64,000 nucleotides of DNA. Source: Acidobacteriota bacterium (GTDB lineage Bacteria > Acidobacteriota > UBA6911 > RPQK01 > JAJDTT01). The notes below the pieces were generated by a model. The model did not search any database. It was not told where the DNA came from and saw only the letters and a list, made by a program, of their open reading frames with translations. Every line of letters begins with the position of its first letter. Positions within the stretch are counted from its first letter, which is position 1. The position numbers and the translations under genes are program-made. Below, piece after piece: positions 7,605-16,477 of the stretch. Where the stretch lies: NCBI GenBank assembly GCA_965263035.1, contig OZ253580.1:3296001-3360000 (forward strand). Direction: 5' to 3'.

Positions 7605-9890
7605 TCAATACCGGCGAACCCGGGAAATCCGGATCTCGCCGATCTGTCCGAAGAAATTCCCAAACCCCAGCCAATTGAAGTTCCCGCCGTACCGGGCGCG
7701 TCCGTTGAGACGGCTCCCCACCGAGAACTGAGCCAGATGCCTTCGATTGTTGACCAGCCTGTGGCCGTCCGGGCTCTTCATTTCCCAGATCAACCGGCCG
7801 TCCAGGAAGAGTTGGTGGAGGTCCTCGGCGTAGGAGTACTGCCAGGCGATGTGGTGCCAGGCGGTGTCGCGGATCCCCACCCATCCTGGTGCCGCTACCG
7901 TTCCCTCGGGACGGCTGTAAGGATGCAGGTCCCTGAGGGCCTGCTCCGGCTCGGCCCCGAAAAAGTGGACCCCCGGCGCCATGCCACCGTCGAACGTACC
8001 CTGATCGGAAAGATAGAGCTCCCAGACTCCCCGTTCGGTGTTGTCGTAGGTGCCGCAGACGTGGCCGTAGTGAAACTCCCGAAAGTAGCCGTCGATGGGG
8101 CCGGCCCTGCGGACCCACGCCTCCACCGTCCACTCGGTATCGAGGGTCTGAAGATCCACCTTCCGGTTCCACTGGGGCCCGACGAAGCCCCCTTCACCGC
8201 CGCCGATGAAATGGGGATAACGTCCCCAGCCCGGCCGGGGCAGGCGTGTGTCTCCCTTGGTGTTGACCCAGGTCAGAGTCAATTCCGAATCTCCCGTCAG
8301 GTCCGGAATGTACCGGCCGCTGGGTCCCTGCCAATCCCAGAGGGCGACGGTCTGGTCGTCGGGTCCGATCCGCCGGAGCTGTGCGGGAGCGACCTTCAAT
8401 TCGAACCGTCTCGATGCCGTCTGGCCCGCCGCATCGGTGGCCTCGAGCCGAATGCTTCCGAGCTCCAGAGCCGTCGGGTCGCCCTGGATCTCACCCTGCT
8501 TCGGGTCGAGGGAGATCCCCACCGGCAAGCTTCCCTCCGTCATCCGCCAGGTCACCGGCTCCACCGTATGGAGAGTCTCAAGTGTCTGGCGGTACGGAGT
8601 CCCGATGAAACCGACGGGGAGGGAGGAGGTGACCACCTCGGCCGCCGAAACGGTGACGGCGAAGGTGTGCTCGTCGTCGTTCCCGGCCGAATCGGTCGCT
8701 CGCAGCGTGAAGGAACGTTCCTTGACGGGTTCCGCCGGCTGGCCTTCCAAGGTCCCCGCAGCCTCGTTGAAGGTCAATCCATCCGGCAGCTTTCCCCCGA
8801 TATGCTCCCAGCGGATGTTCCCCCGGGCCGCATCGGTGGAGAATTTCACGGCGTAGGGGGCGTGCAACCCGGCTTCCGGAAGCAGCCGCCGGACGATGGC
8901 CAGTTTCTCGGCCACCGGGTAGCGCATGACGTCGGAGATGCGGAGCTCGTCCACCTCCCCTTCGAAATCGTAGGTCTTGACGTGGTAGGGCGGGTCCAGC
9001 GAATTGACGATCCCACCGACCATGAAGGGGATGTCGTTGCGTTCGGCGTCATTGATCACATGCCGGCTCGGGGTGATCTTCCAGATCAGCTTTCCATCCA
9101 GGAAAAGATAGTGGGTCTGGTCTTGGTAACGGAACTGCCAGGCCACGTGGCGCCATTCCGGGTTCTGAATGGCGTCGGCGTGGACCAGGGTTCCGGAACC
9201 GGCCTTGCGTCCCGCGTAGACATAGCCACCGGTGTCGCTGTGAGGCGCCCGCTTCTGCGAACCGATGAACCGGGCCGCCGGCAGCAACCCGGGCTGAACC
9301 GGCCATTCGTCCAACCAGGAGTGCAGGCTGAAATCCCATCCGCCACGGACCCCGGGCGGCAGGCTGAAGCCCTCGTCGTCGGTCCCGCAGATCTTGGCGA
9401 AGGGTCCCGCGGTTCCGGAACCGAGCGGCCGATAGGAAGCCGGATGGTTCAAGCGGATTCCGCTCAGGGCGAATCCGTCATAGCGCACCCAGGCCTCCAC
9501 CGTCCAAGCCTCGGTGCAGGTGCGCAACTCCAGCTTGTCGTTGTTCACCGGTCCGATCCGCAGATTGGCGTCGTCCTCGCGAACGGTGAACCGGGCCGTG
9601 GAGCCGAATCCGGGACGGGTCCCCCACAGGGCCTTCTTGTGGGTCTTCAGAGTCAGGGCCGGATCGCCCATGGCGTCGTGGGCTTCCTCGCCGGTTCCCT
9701 CGTCGAAGTGGTACAGGACCACGGTGTTCGGGTCGGGGCGGAAGGGCTCGCGCAACGAGGCCGGCAGGGAGCCGGTGGCAGGCACGGAGAGGGCCCACGA
9801 TCCGAGCAATGCCGCCGGACCGATCCAACCCACCCAATTCAGGGATCCCCACAGAGTCGGTTTCCGATTCTCCGAATGCATGACAGACAT
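7605..9890 (-). CDS. Secreted LamG-like / putative Ig (He_PIG) domain protein
   Basis: Two LamG-like modules (WTVEAWVR...W.H.AWQ...LFLDG.LIW...E.RIS) flank two Ig-like repeats (GKLPDGLTF, GSLPVGISL). Confidence 0.8.
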   Translation of the reverse strand: MSVMHSENRKPTLWGSLNWVGWIGPAALLGSWALSVPATGSLPASLREPFRPDPNTVVLYHFDEGTGEEAHDAMGDPALTLKTHKKALWGTRPGFGSTARFTVREDDANLRIGPVNNDKLELRTCTEAWTVEAWVRYDGFALSGIRLNHPASYRPLGSGTAGPFAKICGTDDEGFSLPPGVRGGWDFSLHSWLDEWPVQPGLLPAARFIGSQKRAPHSDTGGYVYAGRKAGSGTLVHADAIQNPEWRHVAWQFRYQDQTHYLFLDGKLIWKITPSRHVINDAERNDIPFMVGGIVNSLDPPYHVKTYDFEGEVDELRISDVMRYPVAEKLAIVRRLLPEAGLHAPYAVKFSTDAARGNIRWEHIGGKLPDGLTFNEAAGTLEGQPAEPVKERSFTLRATDSAGNDDEHTFAVTVSAAEVVTSSLPVGFIGTPYRQTLETLHTVEPVTWRMTEGSLPVGISLDPKQGEIQGDPTALELGSIRLEATDAAGQTASRRFELKVAPAQLRRIGPDDQTVALWDWQGPSGRYIPDLTGDSELTLTWVNTKGDTRLPRPGWGRYPHFIGGGEGGFVGPQWNRKVDLQTLDTEWTVEAWVRRAGPIDGYFREFHYGHVCGTYDNTERGVWELYLSDQGTFDGGMAPGVHFFGAEPEQALRDLHPYSRPEGTVAAPGWVGIRDTAWHHIAWQYSYAEDLHQLFLDGRLIWEMKSPDGHRLVNNRRHLAQFSVGSRLNGRARYGGNFNWLGFGNFFGQIGEIRISRVRRY

Positions 9891-9980
9891 TCAAGAATCC
9901 AGGTAGAGAGATGTCAACAGCCCCCGTGCGGGACTGTCCAGGATCGTATACCCTGAACCCAAAGCCGCGGGAATCCAGTG

Positions 9981-11897
9981 ATGAATCCTCATTCCAAAGC
10001 CTTTGTCCTGGTTTTTTGCATCGCTTCCATAGCCTTGCCGTCGTCCGGCTGCCAGACCGGAGCGCCGCCCTCCGAAACCGCCCGGAGCGATCCCCAACGC
10101 CTTGAGTTCACCCGGATGATCGTCCACTGGACCCGGTACGTGGAACCCGGCTACCTGGATTTCGTCCGGGAGGCCGAGCCGGAGATCGCCCAGGTCGGCT
10201 TCTACGGCGCCGACTTCTGGTCCATCGCCCATCTCCCGGACAAGAACAAGGGCGTCACCGGCCCCCTGCTGCCCATCCATGCCGGGGTGGTCGAGGCTCA
10301 GGACCCCGCCGAGCGGATCCGGCTGAGCGGCGACTACTTCCAGGAGCTCAACCGTGAGCTCAAGCAACGCGGAGTGAAACCCATCGGACACTTCGACGTC
10401 GCCAAGTACCTGCTGGGGCGGCCGGACCAGTCGGGCCGGCCCAGGGACGGTTTTTTCAAGTTCTACGAAGAGCTCTGGGACGAGAAGGAGCTGGGCCCGA
10501 AACCGGTGGCGGACCCCTTGGAGCTCTTGTCCAAGAATCGGGATGGGTCTCCCTACATCAGTTTCGATGAGGACGCCGCGCCTTACACCGTCTATTGGGG
10601 CTGCCTGGCCAACCCCCACTGGCGCCGGGTGTTGAAGGCCTGGGTCAAGCGGGGGATCGAACGGGGATTGGACGGCTTCCAGATCAACTACTTTTATCGG
10701 GTCGACTGCCACTGCCGCTATTGCGTGCACGGCTTCAAGGCTCATCTGGCGTCCCGCTACGATCCGGAGGAGCTGCGCCGCCGGTTCGGAATCGAAGACC
10801 TTGAGGCTCATCAATTCAGTGAGATCGTCTCCCGGCATCGTCCCGCCGAGACGACCCCGTTGCGCCTGGAGATGCAGCTCTTCTCGGACCTGGTCAACAA
10901 GGAGGCCTTCGACGACGTCTTCCACCAGTACGGCCGTTCCCTCAAGCCGGACCTGATCACCTCCATCTGGGGCCACAGCTCCCAGGATTTCGGGAATCCG
11001 CCCACCGGGAACAACGACGAGCGGATGATGCTCCCCTCCGAACTCTGGGGAGAGGACGAGAGCTACCTCTGGTACTGCCTGGGCCGGCAGGAACCGACGC
11101 TGCAACTGCGTTACATCCGGGGCGCCTTCGACGACAAGCCGTACACGGTCTGCCATTACGAAAAGGTCAAGATCCGGGCCTCCATGGCCGAGCTCATGGC
11201 CAACGGCGGAGCGCCCATGGCCCGGTACATCGATTTCACCGATCCGGCGGCCAAGCAGGAATTCGTGCGCTACTACCAGTTCCTGAAGCGGTATGATTCA
11301 GTCTTTCGCGCCAATCGGCCCTACGGCGAGGTCCTGCTGGCGCACCCCCGCAGCCACAACCACCAGGGCCGGTTGCTCCCGGCCATGACGGCATTTCAGA
11401 AGATCGGACATCACCTGATGGACCGTCACGTGCTCTTTGACGTGGTCCCGGACGAGATCATCCGGCCGGAGCAGAGGAGCGCCTACCGCCGGGTCTACGA
11501 GATCGACTCCGCCGAGGGAATGGAGACGGAGAACTTCGGGGACTTGAGCCGCTTCCAGGCTCCGGCGACGGTGCGGGTCTCGGCCAGCCGGCCCGCCGGA
11601 GGAGGCGAGGTGACACTGCACTTCGTGAACTACGACCGGGAAGCCGGCCCGGAGGGCTATGCAGGAACCGGGATCGCCGACGAGAACCCCATCGCCGTCG
11701 ACGGAATCGGCGTCGACTTCGTGGTGCCGGCGGCTTCCCGAGTGGTGAAGGTGGAAGCGTTGTCGCCGGAGCGGCCGGAGCCGCAGACGGTTGCCATTCA
11801 GGTCGACGGCGGCCGGCTTCGGTTCACCCTGCCGGAGTTCCTGGTCTACGGCATGGCTCGCATCCACCTGGAGCCGATCCTGTCGGCCCGGCGGTAG
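9981..11897 (+). CDS. Hypothetical secreted glycoside-hydrolase-like (TIM barrel) lipoprotein
   Basis: Signal ending SSGC; CLANPHW, GLDGFQI, CHCRYC as in GH42/GHL-like barrels. Confidence 0.7.
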   Translation: MNPHSKAFVLVFCIASIALPSSGCQTGAPPSETARSDPQRLEFTRMIVHWTRYVEPGYLDFVREAEPEIAQVGFYGADFWSIAHLPDKNKGVTGPLLPIHAGVVEAQDPAERIRLSGDYFQELNRELKQRGVKPIGHFDVAKYLLGRPDQSGRPRDGFFKFYEELWDEKELGPKPVADPLELLSKNRDGSPYISFDEDAAPYTVYWGCLANPHWRRVLKAWVKRGIERGLDGFQINYFYRVDCHCRYCVHGFKAHLASRYDPEELRRRFGIEDLEAHQFSEIVSRHRPAETTPLRLEMQLFSDLVNKEAFDDVFHQYGRSLKPDLITSIWGHSSQDFGNPPTGNNDERMMLPSELWGEDESYLWYCLGRQEPTLQLRYIRGAFDDKPYTVCHYEKVKIRASMAELMANGGAPMARYIDFTDPAAKQEFVRYYQFLKRYDSVFRANRPYGEVLLAHPRSHNHQGRLLPAMTAFQKIGHHLMDRHVLFDVVPDEIIRPEQRSAYRRVYEIDSAEGMETENFGDLSRFQAPATVRVSASRPAGGGEVTLHFVNYDREAGPEGYAGTGIADENPIAVDGIGVDFVVPAASRVVKVEALSPERPEPQTVAIQVDGGRLRFTLPEFLVYGMARIHLEPILSARR

Positions 11898-11975
11898 ACT
11901 CGCCAGTCTTCCGAAGCCACGTATCGATGGGAGCAACCGGAAGAAAATGGCAAACGAACACGAAAGGGAAACGGC

Positions 11976-13196
11976 ATGAACGGAGCCATCTCAGCCCAGG
12001 AATTCGAGTCCAGGCACGAGCGGGTCCGGGAATTTCTGCGGGAACGGGACCTGGGCGCTCTCTTCGTCTATTCGCCCCCCGCGGAGCACAAATGGGGCCA
12101 GACCGCCCATGTGGCCTATCTCTCGGGCTGGGCCAACCACGATCGCATCGTGGACTCGGTGGTGGTAGTCCCGGTCTCCGGACCGCCGGCACTCCTGTTT
12201 GCGGGCATTCAGTACATGCAGGAGCAGGTGCAGGAGGTGTCGCCGCTGGAAGATATCCGTCTGGTCCAAGCCGTCGATCCGCATGCGGTCGCCGTCGCCC
12301 GGGGACGGGGCAAGGGACCTCGCGACTTTGCTGCCGAAACCGTCGCCATCCTGGAGGAGAACGGAGTCGGGGATAAGGACGTAGGTATCGTCGGGATTCA
12401 GAACATGCCGCTGGCTTTCTACGAGGCATTGGCCGCCGGGCTCGGGTCCAAGCTCCGCCGGGTGGACGACGTGGTCGCCCGGCTGCGCGGCGTCAAGTCG
12501 CCGGCCGAAGTGGGATTGATGAAACGGGCGGCCGAGTTGAGCGATCTGGGTTTCCGGACCATGCTCGAAGTGGCCCGGCCCGGAATGCGGGGCATCGAAG
12601 TCCTGGCCGAGATGGAGCGCGTCGTCCGCCGCGAGGGGGCCGACCACGCCAAATACTGGATGGCGTCGGGGCCGCCCACCGATTGGAGCGAGACCCGTTT
12701 GGACATCAAGCCCCATGAGCGAGTGCTGGGGGAGGGGGACCTGATGGCCTCCTGTTCCTACGTGGTCTACAAGGGTTACTGGTGCCACGGTCAACGGACC
12801 GGAACCCTGGTCCGTCCCTCAGCAAAGTTGGAGGAGATCTTTCGAACGGCGCGGGAATGCCAGGACGCCGGACTGGAGCATCTCCGAGCCGGAGTCCCCA
12901 TCGCCCGGGTCGCCAAGACCATCGGCGACCTGGCCGCCCGGCGCGGGATGCCGCTGATGGGAGGACGCATCGGCCACGGGATCGGAATGGACTACAGCGA
13001 GCAGCCGGCGCCCCTCACCGAAGCCAACCAGGAGCTGCTGGAAGAGGGCATGACCTGCGTGATCCACGCGGCCTACACACTGCCCGGTTCAGGCAAGATG
13101 TTCGTGCCGCTGGGCGACGTCTGTCAGGTGACGGAGAGCGGCCCCGAATTCCTGATGAGCTTCACCCGAAACCTGTTTCTGGCGGGGCAGGGGTAA
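11976..13196 (+). CDS. M24 (Xaa-Pro peptidase / creatinase) family protein
   Basis: Creatinase_N-like N-terminus, R.VKSPAE, GY...QRT, GHGIG. Confidence 0.85.
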   Translation: MNGAISAQEFESRHERVREFLRERDLGALFVYSPPAEHKWGQTAHVAYLSGWANHDRIVDSVVVVPVSGPPALLFAGIQYMQEQVQEVSPLEDIRLVQAVDPHAVAVARGRGKGPRDFAAETVAILEENGVGDKDVGIVGIQNMPLAFYEALAAGLGSKLRRVDDVVARLRGVKSPAEVGLMKRAAELSDLGFRTMLEVARPGMRGIEVLAEMERVVRREGADHAKYWMASGPPTDWSETRLDIKPHERVLGEGDLMASCSYVVYKGYWCHGQRTGTLVRPSAKLEEIFRTARECQDAGLEHLRAGVPIARVAKTIGDLAARRGMPLMGGRIGHGIGMDYSEQPAPLTEANQELLEEGMTCVIHAAYTLPGSGKMFVPLGDVCQVTESGPEFLMSFTRNLFLAGQG

Positions 13197-13250
13197 CGAG
13201 ACGGGATTTGGGGGAACCCCGCCGTCAGCCGTTCGCGGCCGAAAAATCGG

Positions 13251-13571
13251 TCAGCGGACCCTCACCGCCGTGCCGCTGGCGGTGACCATGAGCATGCTTC
13301 CACCCTTCCCCACGACTTCGTAGTCGAGATCGATGCCGACCACGGCGTCTCCGCCTCTCCGGCGGGCCACGTCCGCCATCTCGTCGAGGGCGATCTCGCG
13401 GGCCCGCTGAAGCTCCTTCTCATAGGCCGCGGACCGCCCGCCGACGATGTCTCGAATGCCGGCGAAAAAATCCCGGAAGATATTGGCGCCGACGATCGCC
13501 TCTCCCGTGACGATTCCGCAGTATTCGCGGATGGTTTTGCCTTCGATGCTTTGAGTCGTGGTCATGATCAT
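13251..13571 (-). CDS. YbjQ / UPF0145 heavy-metal-binding domain protein
   Basis: [42 protein letters not shown]. Confidence 0.95.
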   Translation of the reverse strand: MIMTTTQSIEGKTIREYCGIVTGEAIVGANIFRDFFAGIRDIVGGRSAAYEKELQRAREIALDEMADVARRRGGDAVVGIDLDYEVVGKGGSMLMVTASGTAVRVR

Positions 13572-13729
13572 GGGTTGGGCTCCTTGTCAAAACGGCGCCG
13601 CAAGTATCTGAATTGCGACTGGCGGATGCAACCGGTTCTTGAGGTGGACTGTCCCCGTTTTACGGGTGGAGCGCCCGCTTTTCCGGGTTGCGGATATCCC
13701 GGCATAGTGCGGAGGCTTTTCGTAGCGAC

Positions 13730-14392
13730 TCAATCCACGACGGGATAATAGGGCGGGCCCCAACCGCCGTCCGGGTGATCCATCATCAGATCAATGAAAT
13801 GCGGAACGAGAAAGGCCATGATGTTCGCTCCGTCCCGGACCTGACGCCGATTCACCCCGCTGTTCCAGGTCGCTCCTCCATGAAAGAGTTGATTCCTCAG
13901 AACGTAGAGCCGGTCGAACAGAATACTCAGAACGACCCGTGTGTCCTGGCGGGCAAGCGCACGCCCGATCAGCTTCTGGTCTCGGATGAAGAAGTTCTCC
14001 CAATTACCGTACCCTGGCATCTGATTGTGGTGTCTCCAAAACGGCTGAAACACATATCTGTTGTTCAGGAGCAACCGGATCGGACCCGAAAACGTCGACC
14101 AGATGGCATCGTAGATTGTCCGGTCGGCATCGAATCTGACGATCTTTTCGAAATACTCGCCGAACAGCTCACGCTCCTCGGCTCCGTACGACTCGGGAAT
14201 GTCTTTCGCATATGCTGCGTTGAAGGCAATCCAGTAGAAGATGAAGGTGGCGTCGATGTCCTCCGCTTCCTTCTCGGCGCGCTCGATCCAACTCAGCGAG
14301 CGGTGCAGGCGCAGCCGAAGACCGCTCGGCAGGCCATCCGAAACGCCGGAAAACTTTGATCTCAGGCTTTCGGTGGTCAACTCGTCCCGCAT
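13730..14392 (-). CDS. HEPN domain-containing protein
   Basis: LHRSLSW, FYWIAFNAAY, RxxxxH motif RNQLFH; more AT-rich than neighbours. Confidence 0.8.
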   Translation of the reverse strand: MRDELTTESLRSKFSGVSDGLPSGLRLRLHRSLSWIERAEKEAEDIDATFIFYWIAFNAAYAKDIPESYGAEERELFGEYFEKIVRFDADRTIYDAIWSTFSGPIRLLLNNRYVFQPFWRHHNQMPGYGNWENFFIRDQKLIGRALARQDTRVVLSILFDRLYVLRNQLFHGGATWNSGVNRRQVRDGANIMAFLVPHFIDLMMDHPDGGWGPPYYPVVD

Positions 14393-14447
14393 GCCCTCCG
14401 GCCTCGAATTGACTGGAACACGACTCGGTCCCTCCTTATCTCCTGAA

Positions 14448-16076
14448 TCAGCCCGCGACGATCCAGGGCCATCCCAGGATGAGGACGATCAAGGGGAAAA
14501 GGGGCAGCAGAGCGAGGGCCGACTTGACGGCGATCCGTCCCCTGGAATCCTCGGTTTGAATCACCTTGCTGAGGGCGGCCCCGGCGGCCAGGTTGACCAG
14601 CAGCGAGAGCGGACTGATCCATTGAAAGCTGATGGGCGAGACGTCGATGGCGCCGCTAGAACCCAGGAATGCCGAGTCTTGAAGAAGGCTGTAGAAATTT
14701 CCCGAGAAGGCGATCAACGCGCCCACCGTGATGCCGTAGACAGCCCCCACAACGGCCCCCGCCGGTTTTCCGAAACGGCAGAAGAGAGCGAAGAAGAACA
14801 GGCTGAAGGCGGGTGTGGCCAGCAGGTTGGTGGTTCGCTGGGTCATGCCCGTGATGTTTCCCGGGACGTTCCCCATGTAGGAACTGCCGACGACCACGAT
14901 GGCTCCCAGGCCGAAGGCCAGGCACTGGGCCACGCGGACATGTCCTTTTCTGGTCTTGGGCATGAGGCCGAACCGATCCAGGAAATCGGTCGTCACGACG
15001 GCAGTGATCGAGTTCACGCCCGAGTCGAGACTCGACATGGCCGCGGCGAACATGGCGGACACGACCAGCCCGGCGATTCCGACCGGCAGGTGGTAGGCGA
15101 TGAACCTGGGAAAGATCCGGTCTCCATCCACAGCCAGGTTCAGTCCGGCCGGCAGCGCATCAGGCCGGGCCTGAAAATATCCCATGAGGGCGAAGCCGAC
15201 GAAGAGCAGGGTGAACAGGACGGTGGAGGCCACCAGAGTCTGAGCCAGATAGGAACGCTTGGCGGCTTCCGCGTCGCCGGTGGCCATGAACCGCTGAATG
15301 CTCAACTGGTCTCCTCCGGCGGTGCAGACGGTCCAGACCAGGACCGAGAAGAAGGTTCCGAACATGGTGACCCGGACCCGGGGATCGAAGCTGAAGGCGG
15401 GCTGACTGTCCCAGGTGGGTTGCCAGGAAGTGGGAATCCAACTGAAATCGCCGAGCTCGACGGTCACCAGGACGATGACCACGATCGCCCCTCCCAAGAG
15501 CAGGGCCGTCTGCAGGAAGTCGGTGATCACGACGGCTCCCAAACCGCCCAGAGAGGTGTAGATGATGGAAACGAATCCGGTGACCAGGACGATCCACGGG
15601 ATCCATTCCTCGCTGACGCCCAGCATCACCGTCATGGCTCGGGCCGCCACGTAGACCAGCAGGCACATCCAACTCAGACGCACCACGACGAACATGCCGG
15701 CGCCCAAGAGGCGCACGCCCAACCCCAGTCTGTCCTCCAGCAACTCGTAGGCGCTGGTCACGCGGTGCCGCATGTAGACGGACAGGAGGTACCGGCGCAC
15801 GATGAAGTAGGACACGGGATAACATGGAATGATCAACAGGATCATGATCGGGCCCTTGGAGATCGTCTCGCCCGGAACCGAAAGGTAGGAGATGGTGCTC
15901 AAGTGGGTGGCAAAGAGGGAGACGCCCACCAGTACAGGGTTCAGGCTGCCGCTTCCGATGAAGTATTCGCGCGAGTCCTTCTGCCTGCGGCTGTAGTACC
16001 AGCCCAGGACGATGGTGGAGCTGGCATAGACGACGATCACCGTCCAATCGATCCAGGAGAGTCCCGTCTGTTCCAA
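14448..16076 (-). CDS. Sodium:solute symporter (SSS family)
   Basis: Many TM helices; SAYELLEDRLG, YTSLGGLGAVVITDFLQ, DQLSIQRF, AAAMSSLDS. Confidence 0.93.
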   Translation of the reverse strand: MEQTGLSWIDWTVIVVYASSTIVLGWYYSRRQKDSREYFIGSGSLNPVLVGVSLFATHLSTISYLSVPGETISKGPIMILLIIPCYPVSYFIVRRYLLSVYMRHRVTSAYELLEDRLGLGVRLLGAGMFVVVRLSWMCLLVYVAARAMTVMLGVSEEWIPWIVLVTGFVSIIYTSLGGLGAVVITDFLQTALLLGGAIVVIVLVTVELGDFSWIPTSWQPTWDSQPAFSFDPRVRVTMFGTFFSVLVWTVCTAGGDQLSIQRFMATGDAEAAKRSYLAQTLVASTVLFTLLFVGFALMGYFQARPDALPAGLNLAVDGDRIFPRFIAYHLPVGIAGLVVSAMFAAAMSSLDSGVNSITAVVTTDFLDRFGLMPKTRKGHVRVAQCLAFGLGAIVVVGSSYMGNVPGNITGMTQRTTNLLATPAFSLFFFALFCRFGKPAGAVVGAVYGITVGALIAFSGNFYSLLQDSAFLGSSGAIDVSPISFQWISPLSLLVNLAAGAALSKVIQTEDSRGRIAVKSALALLPLFPLIVLILGWPWIVAG

Positions 16077-16248
16077 ATCGACCTCCTAGCAGTCCGTGGT
16101 GAAAGTCTCGCGAGCACCGAGACCGTTCCTGCGCCCGCCGGACCAGGCGCGATGAGGGAGCATACCGGGAGTATGTGACCGAGTCGCAACGCAGTCCGCG
16201 CACGATGCAGGGACGGTCGAATGCCGTGATGACTTTTGCCACGGGCTG

Positions 16249-16415
16249 CCAGGAGCCTGCGCGGCAGAAATTGATCTACTGCGAAAGCGGTAGAATCAGT
16301 CCATATTTCCCCGATTTCTCGGCGAATAGAACGACTATGCACCTCAAAATCGAGAAAATCTGGCCTCGATTCCCCGCTTTCTCGCTACGATCGTTCCTAC
16401 CGCGCAGACTCCTGG
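16249..16415. mobile_element. MITE copy 2 (inverted relative to 3987-4153)
   Basis: Near-identical reverse complement of copy 1; ends CCAGGAGCCTGCGCGG...CCGCGCAGACTCCTGG; intergenic. Confidence 0.85.
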
Positions 16416-16477
16416 GTCTCAGTTGTCCGGCGACGTGCCGGTGAATCGAAACGGCGGACAGCTCGGCGGGCAGCCGG

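Noticed and set aside
16175-16444. 89-aa ORF sharing peptide with the N-terminus of 3283..4131
   Set aside because: The shared peptide is just translation of the MITE, not a protein domain.
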